A stretch of 64,000 nucleotides of DNA from Candidatus Pacearchaeota archaeon (GCA_017609175.1 JAFCEJ010000003.1:77817-141816); one strand, 5' to 3'. Positions 38,349 to 49,721 are shown, counted from the stretch's first letter. A program made the numbers and translations. Notes: generated from the letters alone by a model not told the origin.

Positions 38349-38753
38349 ATGGAAATTGATGCAAAACAACAAGAGATTATTTATCAATTAAGTTTATTTG
38401 AACAACAAATGCAACAGATTCGGCAACAGATGCAAACAGTTGAGCAGGGAATTATTGAATTAAAGGATTTAGATAAGGGGCTTGATAATTTGAAAGGGAA
38501 AAAAGATAAAGAAATCCTTGCACAAATTGGAAGAGGAATTTTTGTAAAAGCAAAATTGATTTCTGAAGATTTAACTGTTGATATCGGAGGAAAAAATTTT
38601 ATTGTAAAAAGTATCTCTGAAACAAAAGAAATGATTAATGAACAAATTAATAAATTAGAAGATGTTTATGAACAATTAACAAAAAGTTTGAATGAATTAA
38701 ATATGCAGATGATAAAATTAATTGACGAAGTTCAGAAAGAAAAAACTAACTAA
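38349..38753 (+). CDS. pfdA: Prefoldin alpha subunit
   Basis: It has long coiled-coils flanking two beta hairpins (GRGIFVKAKLI...VDIGGKNFIV). Confidence 0.65.
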   Translation: MEIDAKQQEIIYQLSLFEQQMQQIRQQMQTVEQGIIELKDLDKGLDNLKGKKDKEILAQIGRGIFVKAKLISEDLTVDIGGKNFIVKSISETKEMINEQINKLEDVYEQLTKSLNELNMQMIKLIDEVQKEKTN

Positions 38754-39558
38754 CTTTTTTTAAAAAATCTCTATAACTTAAAACTCCAAGTTCACTAACT
38801 ATTTTTGTAATATATTTTTTATCAACAAATTCAAATGCAGGATTTTTAATCCTAATATTCTTTGGTGCTTTATCCCAGACCTCATTCAGCTTTCTATTTT
38901 CTATTGGAACTCTTCTTTTTGTAAATTTCCATGAATCAGCGACGATATAAACCGGAATTTTATTTTGTTTTGCAATTTGTGCAATTACTTCTGAACCAAC
39001 TTTATTTATTATTCCTTTTCTTAAAAGTGCATCTGCACCAAGAAAAACTTTGTTTGGTTTTTTATTTTTTTGTTCTCCTGATAAAACAATCCCCACTGCA
39101 GAATCAACAAACATAGTAACTTTTATTTTTGCTTGTTTCAATTGTTTTGCGGTTTTCCTCCCCTGATAAAGGGGGCGTGTTTCAGTATTATAAACTTCAA
39201 ATTTTTTTCCTTTCTTTTTTGCATAAATTAAAGCGTTAACAACATTTGTAGAATGACAATGTGTAAAAATTATATCATTCTTTTTAATTAATTTAAATAT
39301 CTGCTTGTTTATTTTTTCCTGAGATTGTTGAAAATGATTCTGAATTTCTTCTACGGATTTTCCTTTTTCAGCTAAATCTAAAACATTTTCTAACATGGGT
39401 TCTGTTGGCCTAAGTGAAAGAAGTTTTTTCTTGGAAACTTTTGTTGGAATTAAAGAATAAGCCTGCAAAGCAGCTTTTGCAATATTTGTAGCTCCCTGTA
39501 TTTTAACATTTTTAATATCTTTTATGATTTTATTGAATCTCTTTTTTTTGTTATGCAT
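38746..39558 (-). CDS. eIF-2B alpha/beta/delta-like family protein (aIF-2BII / possible ribose-1,5-bisphosphate isomerase)
   Basis: It has the family pattern (THCHS...VYNTETRPLYQGR...GADALLRKGIINKVGS), including a conserved Cys and GAD. Confidence 0.65.
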   Translation of the reverse strand: MHNKKKRFNKIIKDIKNVKIQGATNIAKAALQAYSLIPTKVSKKKLLSLRPTEPMLENVLDLAEKGKSVEEIQNHFQQSQEKINKQIFKLIKKNDIIFTHCHSTNVVNALIYAKKKGKKFEVYNTETRPLYQGRKTAKQLKQAKIKVTMFVDSAVGIVLSGEQKNKKPNKVFLGADALLRKGIINKVGSEVIAQIAKQNKIPVYIVADSWKFTKRRVPIENRKLNEVWDKAPKNIRIKNPAFEFVDKKYITKIVSELGVLSYRDFLKKVS

Positions 39559-39611
39559 AATAATAACATTAATTCCCTAACATTTAAAAAATCTCTTTTT
39601 CTTGTATCTCT

Positions 39612-40469
39612 ATGCTTGAGATGCTTTATAATCCAAAATATTCTGAAAAGGGGCCATTCAAGATGTTTTTTATCGGGGTGGTCTACGCGTCGTTATCCCT
39701 GTTGTTAGTACATTGGTTCTTTTCTAAAGACCCTGTACTAGGAGAATATTCTGGATTATTTGTAGTTTTGTTCTGCGTCTTATTTAGTATTTTATTTATG
39801 TATTTTTTAATAAAACAAGAGGAAGAGGAAGACGAGGATGTAACTGGATTTTGGAGTGTATGGAAAGTTCATCGTGATGCGCTTTATGCTTTTATGTGGT
39901 TATTTTTGGGATTTATTATTGCATTTGCATTTTGGTTTATTATTTTGCAAAATTTCAATTTATTTAATATTCAAATTGAAACATATTGTATGATAAATAG
40001 TCCTGGAAATATTGATGATTGTGTCAAAAACTATGATTTTACTGGAAAAGTTGTTGGTGTTGGAGCCATGACAGATAGTGCAAGATTTATCTCGATTCTC
40101 CAGAATAATGTTTATGTAATGATTTTCACATTGGTATTTTCATTGCTTTTTGGGGCAGGGGCAATTTTTATCTTAGCTTGGAATGCGAGTATTATCGGAG
40201 CAGCAATAGCAATATTCTCAAAATACAATATAAGTGAAATCCCAATAGGCATTCTAAGATATATGATTCATGGATTTCCTGAAATCGCAGCATATTTTAT
40301 AACTGCTTTAGCAGGAGGAATTTTTGGTGCAGGAGTAATTAAAAATGGTATCAAAAGCAGAAAATTAATAAGAATTTTAGAAAATTCAGTAATCTTGCTT
40401 TTTATAGCATTGATTATATTAGTAATTGCTGCAATAATAGAAGTTTACATTACACCTGCTTTTTTCTGA
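39612..40469 (+). CDS. Polytopic membrane protein (SpoIIM/DUF95-like)
   Basis: It has 6 TM and a G/A-rich helical region (GAGAIFILAWNASIIGAAIA). Confidence 0.45.
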   Translation: MLEMLYNPKYSEKGPFKMFFIGVVYASLSLLLVHWFFSKDPVLGEYSGLFVVLFCVLFSILFMYFLIKQEEEEDEDVTGFWSVWKVHRDALYAFMWLFLGFIIAFAFWFIILQNFNLFNIQIETYCMINSPGNIDDCVKNYDFTGKVVGVGAMTDSARFISILQNNVYVMIFTLVFSLLFGAGAIFILAWNASIIGAAIAIFSKYNISEIPIGILRYMIHGFPEIAAYFITALAGGIFGAGVIKNGIKSRKLIRILENSVILLFIALIILVIAAIIEVYITPAFF

Positions 40470-40506
40470 TAACAATCTTTAAATATAATTATCTTTTCCT
40501 TAAATC

Positions 40507-40644
40507 ATGAAATTTGTATGCTTAAATTGCAATTACAGGTTTGAATCAGAAACAGAATACACTGGGAAACCGTGTCCTTATTGTGGGAAAAAAGAAGTAA
40601 TTAAAGAGCCGAGTGCAGAAGATTTATTAAAAGGAGTAGAATAA
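40507..40644 (+). CDS. Small zinc-ribbon protein (45 aa)
   Basis: MKFVCLNCNYRFESETEYTGKPCPYCGKKEVIKEPSAEDLLKGVE, with CxxC...CxxC. It lies directly upstream of aglB. It is below the ORF-track cutoff. Confidence 0.45.
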   Translation: MKFVCLNCNYRFESETEYTGKPCPYCGKKEVIKEPSAEDLLKGVE

Positions 40645-40652
40645 TTTCTAAG

Positions 40653-43382
40653 ATGAATGAATTAGATAAAAACGATTTGATAGAAGAAAGAAAAAAGAAA
40701 ATAATTAATCTCTTAAATAAACAAAAAGATTGGGTTTATTATACAATTCTGGGATTTATTGTTTTAGTTTCAATATATATAAGGTCGAGAAATATTTCAA
40801 AATTAAAAGATATTACTACAGGAACTTGGACATTGGGCCCTGACTTAGACCCTTTTTTATTCTTGAGGTGGGCAGAATACATTGTTGAGCATGGAAAATT
40901 AATGGCAATTGATACTATGAGGTATGTCCCATTAGGATTTGATACTGCTTATGAAATGAGATTGCTTCCATATTTAATTGCATGGTTTCATAAATTTCTC
41001 TCATTTTTTTCTTTGAGTGATAGTGTAACATATTCTGCAATAATTTTTCCTGTTTTTATGGCCGGATTAACAGCTATTGCGTTTTTTCTTTTTGCAAGAA
41101 AAATATTTTACAAAGAGGATAGAAAAACGAAAAACATAATTGCTTTAATTGCAACAGGTTTTTTTATTTTAGTACCATCTCTATTGCCAAGAACAATAGC
41201 AGGGATTCCTGAAAAAGAATCTGCTGCTTTCTTTTTTATGTTTATGGCGTTTTATTTCTTTTTAGAAGCATTTACCTCTGAAAAAATGAAAAAAAGTTTA
41301 GTTTTTGGGATTTTAGCTGGAATAACAACAGGATTAATGGCATTGATTTGGGGAGGCGCAACATTTGTTTTTATGAGTATTGGTGGAGCTGTTTTCTTTG
41401 CATTCGTCTTGGGAAAAATAACAACAAAAAGATTTTATTCTTATGGTTTATGGATTTTATTTTTTATGATTCTTATGGTTCCTTTTTCTACAAGATATTC
41501 TTTAATGAATTTGATAACATCAATTAGTACAGGCTTAAATTTTTTGATATTTTTCATAATTTTAACAAATTTCATTTTATTTGAAAAATTAAAATTTAAT
41601 AAAAAAATAAGAATTGATAACATACCAAAACAAATAATTTCAACAGCTATTTCTGTGGTAATTATCCTTATTTTAACTTCAATCTTTTTTGGAATTGGAT
41701 TTAATATAAACCAGTTTAAAGAAATTTTAGAAAGAACCGTTCATCCTCTGAGCACAACAAGATTCGCTCTCACAGTTGCAGAAAACAGGCAACCTTATTT
41801 TGTAAGTGATTGGAAAAATAGCCTTGGCCCAATTGTTTATAATATTCCGTTATTCTTTTGGTTATTTTTTATTGGTTCTATAGCAATGTTTAATCATTTA
41901 ATTAAAAGATTGAGAAAAAAAGAAAAGTTTATCTTAACATTCAGTTATACTGCCTTTTTATTTTGCCTTATATTCAGCAAATATTCTCCAAACAGTATTT
42001 TAAATGGAGAAAGTGGATTGAGCCTATTTGTTTATTTTGGCGGGGTATTATTTTTCATTGGAAGTTTTATATATCTTTATTTTAAAAAATATCATGAAGG
42101 GACTTTTCATAATTTCAAAGAATTTAATTTTTCATATATATTATACTTCACAATTTTAACAATGGCTATTGTAGGTGCGAGGGGGGCGGTAAGATTAATT
42201 ATGGTGTTGGCAGCAATTAGTCCAGTCGCAATTTCTTTTTTATCTGTTAAAATTTCACAAAGAGCAATTAAAGAACAAGAAGAAACAACAAAATTCTTTG
42301 TTAGATTAGCTGCGATAATAATTATCCTCATGGTGGTGCTTACACTCTGGACATATTATAAGCAGGACAGATATACCTCAGAAAATTTCGCTCCGAGTAT
42401 GTATAATATGCAATGGCAAAAAGCAATGAGTTGGGTCAGAGAGAATACTTCAAAGGATGCTGTTTTTGCCCATTGGTGGGATTATGGTTATTGGATCCAA
42501 AGTATTGGTGAAAGAGCAACAATTTTAGATGGAGGAAATGCGATTGTCTATTGGAATTATTTAATGGGAAGGTATGTCCTAACAGGAACAAATGAAAAAG
42601 ATGCATTAGAATTTCTTTATACCCACAATGGAACACATCTTTTAATTGACTCGACAGAACTTGGAAAGTATACTGCCTTTTCAAGCATCGGTTCTGATGA
42701 AAATTATGACAGGTTCTCCTGGATTACTAACTTTTTTATGAATGAGAAACAAACCCGTGAAACAAAGGATGAAATAATATATACTTATTTTGGTGGGGCA
42801 TTAGTTGATGAAGATATAATTTGGAGTGAAAATGGAAAAGACATTTTCCTTCCTGAAAGAAAAGCAAGTGTCGGAGCAATTATTTTAAGAAAAGATAAAA
42901 CAGGAAAAATTCTCCAACCAGAAGCAATTTTTATATACAACAATCAGCAATATAGAATTCCATTAAGATATGCTTATTATAAAAATAAATTATATGACTT
43001 TGGTTCTGGATTAGATGCAGGAATATTTATTTATCCAAAAGCAGATATAACAAGAGACAATAACATAAGAATTAATGAAATAGGTGCGTTGTATTATCTT
43101 AGCAAAAGAACAATTCATTCAAACTTAATTAACCTATATTTATTTGACAAAAAATCAGAATATTTCAAATTAGTCCACACTGAAAGTAATTTAATAGTTG
43201 AAAATCTAAGACAACAAGGACAGGATATGGGAGAATTCATATATTATCAGGGATTTCAGGGGCCGATTAAAATCTGGGAGATAAATTATCCAGAAAACAT
43301 AAAACCAAACCAAGAATATCTTTTGAAAACATATCCAAATAAAAAATTAGAAATTGCAGATAAAAGTAAATACAATAATTAA
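40653..43382 (+). CDS. aglB: Archaeal oligosaccharyltransferase AglB (STT3)
   Basis: It has the WWDYGYWI motif, a 13-TM N-terminal domain and a C-terminal soluble domain. Its length is 909 aa. Confidence 0.95.
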   Translation: MNELDKNDLIEERKKKIINLLNKQKDWVYYTILGFIVLVSIYIRSRNISKLKDITTGTWTLGPDLDPFLFLRWAEYIVEHGKLMAIDTMRYVPLGFDTAYEMRLLPYLIAWFHKFLSFFSLSDSVTYSAIIFPVFMAGLTAIAFFLFARKIFYKEDRKTKNIIALIATGFFILVPSLLPRTIAGIPEKESAAFFFMFMAFYFFLEAFTSEKMKKSLVFGILAGITTGLMALIWGGATFVFMSIGGAVFFAFVLGKITTKRFYSYGLWILFFMILMVPFSTRYSLMNLITSISTGLNFLIFFIILTNFILFEKLKFNKKIRIDNIPKQIISTAISVVIILILTSIFFGIGFNINQFKEILERTVHPLSTTRFALTVAENRQPYFVSDWKNSLGPIVYNIPLFFWLFFIGSIAMFNHLIKRLRKKEKFILTFSYTAFLFCLIFSKYSPNSILNGESGLSLFVYFGGVLFFIGSFIYLYFKKYHEGTFHNFKEFNFSYILYFTILTMAIVGARGAVRLIMVLAAISPVAISFLSVKISQRAIKEQEETTKFFVRLAAIIIILMVVLTLWTYYKQDRYTSENFAPSMYNMQWQKAMSWVRENTSKDAVFAHWWDYGYWIQSIGERATILDGGNAIVYWNYLMGRYVLTGTNEKDALEFLYTHNGTHLLIDSTELGKYTAFSSIGSDENYDRFSWITNFFMNEKQTRETKDEIIYTYFGGALVDEDIIWSENGKDIFLPERKASVGAIILRKDKTGKILQPEAIFIYNNQQYRIPLRYAYYKNKLYDFGSGLDAGIFIYPKADITRDNNIRINEIGALYYLSKRTIHSNLINLYLFDKKSEYFKLVHTESNLIVENLRQQGQDMGEFIYYQGFQGPIKIWEINYPENIKPNQEYLLKTYPNKKLEIADKSKYNN

Positions 43383-43383
43383 A

Positions 43384-44379
43384 ATGGAGAAAATATTATT
43401 AATTCCAATTTTATTAAGTTTTTTTGTAACATTATTTTTCATTCCTGTTTGGATAAAAAGAGCGAAAAAATCTGGAATTATTGGAAAAGATATGAATAAA
43501 CTTTCAAAGAAAGAAATAGCAGAAGCAGGCGGTATTCCAATACTTTTTGCCTTCACCTTGGGGGTATTAACATATATTGCTATAAAAACATTTTATTTTA
43601 AAGCGACAGAAAATTTAATTGAAATTTTTTCTTTATTAAATGTTATTTTAATAATTGGTCTTGTAGGGCTTGTAGATGATATTCTTGGATGGAAAATTGG
43701 ATTGAATAAAAAAATTAGGATTTTCTTTTTATTTTTTGCAGCAATTCCTTTAATGGTAATAAATGCGGGGGAGTCAATGATGATGGGAATTGAATTTGGG
43801 TTATTATATCCCTTACTTTTTATTCCATTGGGGATCATTGGTGCTTCTGCCACATTTAATTTTTTAGCAGGATATAATGGGTTAGAAGCAAGTCAAGGAA
43901 GCTTGATTTTATTTGCATTAGCAATTGTAACATGGTTTACGAATAATGGTTGGTTAAGCATAATTTGTCTAATTATGACTGTTTGTTTAATTGCTTTTTA
44001 CATTTTTAACAAATATCCTGCAAAAGTTTTTCCGGGAGATAGTTTAACATACCCTGTTGGAGCATTAATTGCGACAATAGCAATTTTAGGAAATATTGAA
44101 AAAATTGCTGTTTTCTTTTTTATCCCATATGTTCTTGAAACAGGGTTAAAATTAAGAGGAAATTTAAAAAAACAGAGTTTTGCCAAAATAAATGAAGATG
44201 GGAGCCTGGAAATGCCCCATGAAAAAATATATGGGTTAGAACATTTGGCAATAAAAATTTTAAAAAAAATAAAAAAAGACCATAAGGTTTATGAAAAAGA
44301 TGTGGTTTATTTAATAAATTTGTTTCAAATCCTAATAATAATTGTAGGTTTTTTGATTTTTAGAAATTACTTGTTTTAA
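43384..44379 (+). CDS. aglH: UDP-HexNAc:dolichyl-phosphate HexNAc-1-phosphate transferase (GPT/WecA/MraY family, AglH-like)
   Basis: It has the VDDILGW DDxxG motif and multiple TM. The start was moved to 43384 because the tracked start at 43354 overlaps aglB. Confidence 0.85.
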   Translation: MEKILLIPILLSFFVTLFFIPVWIKRAKKSGIIGKDMNKLSKKEIAEAGGIPILFAFTLGVLTYIAIKTFYFKATENLIEIFSLLNVILIIGLVGLVDDILGWKIGLNKKIRIFFLFFAAIPLMVINAGESMMMGIEFGLLYPLLFIPLGIIGASATFNFLAGYNGLEASQGSLILFALAIVTWFTNNGWLSIICLIMTVCLIAFYIFNKYPAKVFPGDSLTYPVGALIATIAILGNIEKIAVFFFIPYVLETGLKLRGNLKKQSFAKINEDGSLEMPHEKIYGLEHLAIKILKKIKKDHKVYEKDVVYLINLFQILIIIVGFLIFRNYLF

Positions 44380-44380
44380 G

Positions 44381-45610
44381 ATGTTGAAAAAAATATTCTC
44401 GAATGAGTTGTATAAAGGAAGCATAATTTTAATTATTCTGTTAAATTTAGGAAATTTTTTTGGATATCTGTTTCAGTTTACTATGGCCCAACTACTTGGT
44501 CCAATTCTATACGGTGCTTTTGCTGTAGTTACAAATATTATTTTAGTTTTTGGAGTCCCGCTAATATCAATACAAACCATTGTTGCAAAACATACTGCTA
44601 AATTTAATGCCCAAAAAAATATTAGAAAAATAAAGGGACTATTTTTATTCCTCATAAAAAAGGTAATGATTATAGCGATAATTATCTTTTTTATTTTTAG
44701 TCTAATTTCTTTGTTTTTATCAAAATATCTTGGGATTAGTGTAGGTGTGTTAATTCTGACAGGATGTTTTATATTCGGAGGATTTTTACAATCAATTGGA
44801 CTCGGAATATTACAAGGATTAAAAAAGTTTAATGCATTAGGATTTAGTATTTTTGTTAATGGTTTTTTCAAATTTTCAATTGGTGTTTTTCTTGTCCTTT
44901 TAGGTTTGAAAATTTATGGAGCAGTACTTGGTTTTATCTTTGGAATAATAATCTCATTTATAATCGCCCTTTTATTTATAAAAGATGTTTTAAAAGCTAA
45001 AAAAACTGAAGAGAAAATAGATATCTTTATGAAAAATAATAGAATTGATTTTTTTGCGATGTTTATTTTTGTATTTATTTTCAGTTTAGATGTCATTTTT
45101 GCAAAAGCATTTTTCTCTCCAGAAATTGCAGGAAAATATGCCGTAATTTCAATGATCGGAAAGATAATTTTATTTTTTACAATGGCAATAGGAAATGTAA
45201 TGCTTCCTATAAATTCAGAAAAATTTGCAAAAGGACACCAAACAAAAAGAGTTTTTAGAAAATCTGTTTTATTAATTTGTTTAATCTGTGGAATTTCACT
45301 ATTTTTCTTTTTGTTGTTTCCAGAGTTAATTGTGAAAATATTATTCGGGGAGGAGTATATTTCTGGTTCAAATATCCTTCTTTATATCGGCATTGCTTTT
45401 AGCTTTATCTCCCTAATAAATATCTTTTTGCTTCAGATGATTTCTACAGATAAATTCAAAAAAAACCATTTGATTATAATGATTTTGCTTCTTGGATTAC
45501 AAATAATGATTTTTTCAATGTTTCATAAAACTATAGAACAATTTAGTATGGGATTTATGTTCTCCACAATAATAAGCTTTATAGGGGTACTTTTATTGTC
45601 TAAAAAATGA
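44381..45610 (+). CDS. Oligosaccharide flippase (Wzx/MOP superfamily, AglR-like)
   Basis: It has 12 TM and the polysaccharide biosynthesis protein pattern. Confidence 0.7.
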   Translation: MLKKIFSNELYKGSIILIILLNLGNFFGYLFQFTMAQLLGPILYGAFAVVTNIILVFGVPLISIQTIVAKHTAKFNAQKNIRKIKGLFLFLIKKVMIIAIIIFFIFSLISLFLSKYLGISVGVLILTGCFIFGGFLQSIGLGILQGLKKFNALGFSIFVNGFFKFSIGVFLVLLGLKIYGAVLGFIFGIIISFIIALLFIKDVLKAKKTEEKIDIFMKNNRIDFFAMFIFVFIFSLDVIFAKAFFSPEIAGKYAVISMIGKIILFFTMAIGNVMLPINSEKFAKGHQTKRVFRKSVLLICLICGISLFFFLLFPELIVKILFGEEYISGSNILLYIGIAFSFISLINIFLLQMISTDKFKKNHLIIMILLLGLQIMIFSMFHKTIEQFSMGFMFSTIISFIGVLLLSKK

Positions 45611-46317
45611 AACTTTCAATCATAATGCCTATGTATAATTCAAAGGATATACAGACAAATCTGAAAGAGGCAATCAAATCATTAGAAAAAGTAACAAAGG
45701 ATTACGAGATAGTAGTCGTAGATGATGGAAGTGAAAATGGATGTTTTAAAGAAGCTAAAAAATTCAAAAGTAAAAAAGTAAGGGTTGTTGGATATCGTAA
45801 AAATAGGGGCAAGGGAAATGCAATAAAATACGGTTTTAAGTTTACGAGAGGGGATTATATTGCTTTTGTAGATTCTGGAAGGGATTTAAATCCAAAACAA
45901 TTAAAAGATTTTTTAGCAATTATGGAATCTGAAAAAGCAGATATAGTTATTGGAAGTAAAAGGCACCCCAAATCAAAAGTCTATTATCCCATTATAAGAA
46001 GAATTATGAGCAGAACATATCAACTCGTTAATAAGATTTTATTTAATCTAAATGTTAAGGACACTCAGGTTGGGATAAAATTGTTTAAGAGGAATGTTCT
46101 GGAAAAAATTATGCCAAAAATCGTAGTCAAAAAATTCGCATTTGATTTGGAGTTATTAGTTTTAGCAAACAAACATAATTTTAAAATAGTTGAGGCGCCA
46201 ATTGTTATGAATTATAGATTTAAGAGCACTGTAAATATCTCTGCGGTATTTTGGATGTTATGGGATACTGCAGCCATTTTTTATAGATTAAAAATTTTAA
46301 GATACTATGACAGTTAA
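45607..46317 (+). CDS. GT2 glycosyltransferase, dolichyl-phosphate sugar synthase-like (DPM1/AglJ-like)
   Basis: It has an N-terminal GT2 domain with VVVDDGSENG and a short length typical of Dol-P-sugar synthases. Confidence 0.8.
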   Translation: MKLSIIMPMYNSKDIQTNLKEAIKSLEKVTKDYEIVVVDDGSENGCFKEAKKFKSKKVRVVGYRKNRGKGNAIKYGFKFTRGDYIAFVDSGRDLNPKQLKDFLAIMESEKADIVIGSKRHPKSKVYYPIIRRIMSRTYQLVNKILFNLNVKDTQVGIKLFKRNVLEKIMPKIVVKKFAFDLELLVLANKHNFKIVEAPIVMNYRFKSTVNISAVFWMLWDTAAIFYRLKILRYYDS

Positions 46318-47290
46318 ATTTTCAATAATCATACCTGTAAAAGAATTTAATGATTATCTAAAAGAATCTATTCCAATAATTCTTAATTTGAATTATAAAG
46401 ATTATGAAGTGATAATACTTCCTAATAAAAAGCCGCAAAAAATTCCGAGTTATGCAAAAAATAAAAAAATAAAGATTATTGCAACAGGAAAAGTAAGCCC
46501 TGCAATTAAAAGAGATATCGGAGCTAAAAAGGCTAAAGGAAAATATCTTGCTTTCCTAGATGATGATGCATATCCAGAAAAAGATTGGTTAAAAACTGCA
46601 GAAAAAATTTTTGTAGAAAAAAAGGTTTCTGCAATTGGTGGTCCTGCGATCACCCCGAAAAACGATTCTATCTCTCAAAAAGCATCAGGATTATTTTATG
46701 AAACTCTTTTTGGGGGAGGAGGACTTAGTTTTAGATATAAACCAGACAAAAAATCTTTTTATGTTAAAGATTTTCCTTCAGTCAATTTAATTGTTTCAAA
46801 AAAATCTTTTTTTGAAGTTGGAGGATTTGATAACAAATTCTGGCCTGGCGAAGATACCAAATTTTGTTTAGAATTAATAAAAAAAGGACATAAGATTTGG
46901 TATTCTAATAAATTGATAGTTTACCACCATAGAAGAAAGTTGTTCAAACCACATTTAAAACAAATTGCAAATTATGGGAAGCATCGGGGGTATTTTGCAA
47001 AAAAATTTCCTGAAACATCAAGAAAAATAAATTATTTTATACCATCTTTATTTTTTATAGTAAATTTTTTGTTATTAATTGGTTCTTTTTTTAATATAAT
47101 TATCTTAAAAATATGGATTATCTTACTAATAATTTACTTTTCTTTTATTTGTATAGATGTTTTCATAAGAACGCTTGATTTAAGAATAGGAATTTTGACA
47201 ATGATAATTACTTTTTTATCTCATATAACATATGGAATTAAATTTATAGAAGGATTTTTCTCTAAAAAAATAAAAAGCGAATTAAGATGA
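46307..47290 (+). CDS. GT2 glycosyltransferase with C-terminal TM region
   Basis: It has [11 protein letters not shown] and a DDD motif (FLDDDAYPE). Confidence 0.75.
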   Translation: MTVKFSIIIPVKEFNDYLKESIPIILNLNYKDYEVIILPNKKPQKIPSYAKNKKIKIIATGKVSPAIKRDIGAKKAKGKYLAFLDDDAYPEKDWLKTAEKIFVEKKVSAIGGPAITPKNDSISQKASGLFYETLFGGGGLSFRYKPDKKSFYVKDFPSVNLIVSKKSFFEVGGFDNKFWPGEDTKFCLELIKKGHKIWYSNKLIVYHHRRKLFKPHLKQIANYGKHRGYFAKKFPETSRKINYFIPSLFFIVNFLLLIGSFFNIIILKIWIILLIIYFSFICIDVFIRTLDLRIGILTMIITFLSHITYGIKFIEGFFSKKIKSELR

Positions 47291-48261
47291 AAAAAATATT
47301 AATAACTGGTGGAGCGGGGTTTATTGGTTCACATTTAGCAAAAGAGCTTTTAGAAAAAGGCTATGAAGTTACTGTAATGGACAACCTTTTTACAGGAAAC
47401 AAATCAAACATTTATGGGCTTTTAGATAATCCACGATTTAGTTTTATACTGCATGACATTACCAAACCATTTTGGGGACAGTTTGATGAGATTTACAATC
47501 TTGCTTGCCCTGCATCGCCAGTTCATTATCAAAAAAATCCTGTTGAAACAATTAAAACATCAATAATGGGAATTATAAATGTATTAGAATTAGGACTAAA
47601 AACCAAAGCAAAAATTTTACATGCATCTACCTCTGAAATTTATGGAGACCCTCTCCAACATCCTCAAAAAGAAAGTTATTGGGGGAATGTTAATCCAATT
47701 GGGATAAGAAGTTGTTATGATGAAGGTAAAAGAGCTTCTGAGACACTTTGTATGGATTATTTAAGAGAATATGATGTAGATGTTAGAATTGTAAGAATTT
47801 TTAATACATATGGTCCAAATATGCATCCAAACGATGGGCGTGTTGTAAGCAATTTCATTATGCAAGCATTAAAAAATCAAGATATCACAATTTATGGTAC
47901 AGGGAACCAAACAAGAAGTTTTCAATATATTGAAGATTTAATAAATATTCTAATAAAATTTATGGAAAAAGAAAAAGAAGAATTATATAATCAATTAAAA
48001 ATCCTTGGACGGGAAAAATTGCCAATTATCAATACAGGGAACCCAAGGGAAGTTACAATAACAGAACTTGCAACAAAAATACTTCAATTAATCCCAGAGA
48101 GCAGGAGTAAAATAATATTTAAGGATTTACCAAAAGATGATCCTAAAAGAAGAAAACCAGACATAACTCTTGCAAAAAATCTTTTTGGATGGGAGCCAAA
48201 GATAGAATTAGAAGAAGGCTTAAAAAATACAATTGAATATTTTAAAAAAACAATAATTTAA
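47287..48261 (+). CDS. uxs: UDP-glucuronate decarboxylase (UDP-xylose synthase, UXS)
   Basis: It matches UXS1 from end to end: [43 protein letters not shown] and [15 protein letters not shown]. Confidence 0.9.
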   Translation: MKKILITGGAGFIGSHLAKELLEKGYEVTVMDNLFTGNKSNIYGLLDNPRFSFILHDITKPFWGQFDEIYNLACPASPVHYQKNPVETIKTSIMGIINVLELGLKTKAKILHASTSEIYGDPLQHPQKESYWGNVNPIGIRSCYDEGKRASETLCMDYLREYDVDVRIVRIFNTYGPNMHPNDGRVVSNFIMQALKNQDITIYGTGNQTRSFQYIEDLINILIKFMEKEKEELYNQLKILGREKLPIINTGNPREVTITELATKILQLIPESRSKIIFKDLPKDDPKRRKPDITLAKNLFGWEPKIELEEGLKNTIEYFKKTII

Positions 48262-48262
48262 A

Positions 48263-49720
48263 ATGAAAGTTTTCATAAGTTATCCCCCATTAAAATCCGA
48301 GAAAGGAACTGCACAAATAGGACAAAACAGGCAGTTTCAATGGTTTAGCCAGCATTCTGTCATTTATCCAATGGTTCCGGCATATGCAGCGACCCTTTTA
48401 TCCAAAAAAGGTTATGATGTTTTTTGGGATGATGCTATTGCTAAAAAAGAAAGTTATGAGAAATGGATTGGAAGAGTTTCGAGAATAAAGCCAGATGTCA
48501 TTGCAATTGAAACAAAAACGCCTGTCGTTAAAATGCACTGGAAAGTAATCGAAGACATAAAAAAGAAATCGGCAAAAACAAAAATAGTCTTAATGGGAGA
48601 CCATGTAACAGAGTTTCCAAAAGAAAGTTTAGAGAATTCTAAAACCGATTTTGTCATAACAGGGGGGGATTATGATTTTGGATTATTATCAATTTGTGAA
48701 TATTTATCAAAAAACAAAAAACTTGGGAAGGGAATATGGTATAAAAAAAAGAACAAAATAAAAAACACTGGTAAATTTGAATTATCCCATGATTTAAATG
48801 ATTTACCTTTCATTGATAGAGAGTTAACAATGTGGTATCTCTATAAAGAAAATGGAAATTACAAATATTTGCCGGGAACATACATTATTGCAGGAAGAGA
48901 CTGCTGGTGGGGAAAATGTAAATTTTGTTCATGGCCAAATCTTTTTCCAAAATATAGGACAAGAAAACCAGAACTAGTGCTTGAAGAAATTAAATTTCTT
49001 GTGGAGAAATATGGAATAAGAGAGATAATGGATGACACGGGAACATTTCCTGTCGGAGATTGGTTAAAAAAATTCTGTAAATTAATGATTAAGTCTGGAT
49101 TAAATAAAAAAGTAAGAATAAGTTGCAATATGAGATTTGGTGTTTTAAAATTAGAAGACTACAAATTAATGAGAAAAGCAGGATTTAGATTTTTATTATT
49201 TGGTTTAGAATCCGCAAACCAGGAAACCTTAGATAAAATCAACAAAGGAATAAAAGTTAAGGATATTGAAGAGGGTTGTAAATGGGCAAAACAAGCAGGA
49301 TTAAATCCGCATCTAACATGCATGATTGGTTATCCTTGGGAAAATTATGAAATGGCAAAAAGAACTATTGATTTAGCAAAAAAACTTTTTAATAAAGGTT
49401 ATGCAGACACACTTCAAGCAACAATAATAATACCATACCCAAATACTCGGTTATATAAAGAATGCTTAAAAGAAAATTTATTGGAAGTAAAACAGGGTGA
49501 ATGGGAAAAATTTGATATGAGACAAAAGATCATGAAATCTCCCCTTACAGAAGAAGAGATAAAAGAACTTGTTTCTTCATTATATAAATTAGCCTTTAAT
49601 CCTCGATTTATTTTTAAGCAATTCACCCAGATAAGAAATCTTGATGACATGAAGTATATTTTTAGGGCAGCTAAAAAAATATTGGGCAAACATTTAAAAG
49701 ATTTTTCTAATAGGAGATAA
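48263..49720 (+). CDS. B12-binding domain radical SAM protein (class B radical SAM family)
   Basis: It has an N-terminal cobalamin-binding-like Rossmann domain and then CWWGKCKFCSW (CxxxCxxC). Confidence 0.8.
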   Translation: MKVFISYPPLKSEKGTAQIGQNRQFQWFSQHSVIYPMVPAYAATLLSKKGYDVFWDDAIAKKESYEKWIGRVSRIKPDVIAIETKTPVVKMHWKVIEDIKKKSAKTKIVLMGDHVTEFPKESLENSKTDFVITGGDYDFGLLSICEYLSKNKKLGKGIWYKKKNKIKNTGKFELSHDLNDLPFIDRELTMWYLYKENGNYKYLPGTYIIAGRDCWWGKCKFCSWPNLFPKYRTRKPELVLEEIKFLVEKYGIREIMDDTGTFPVGDWLKKFCKLMIKSGLNKKVRISCNMRFGVLKLEDYKLMRKAGFRFLLFGLESANQETLDKINKGIKVKDIEEGCKWAKQAGLNPHLTCMIGYPWENYEMAKRTIDLAKKLFNKGYADTLQATIIIPYPNTRLYKECLKENLLEVKQGEWEKFDMRQKIMKSPLTEEEIKELVSSLYKLAFNPRFIFKQFTQIRNLDDMKYIFRAAKKILGKHLKDFSNRR

Positions 49721-49721
49721 A

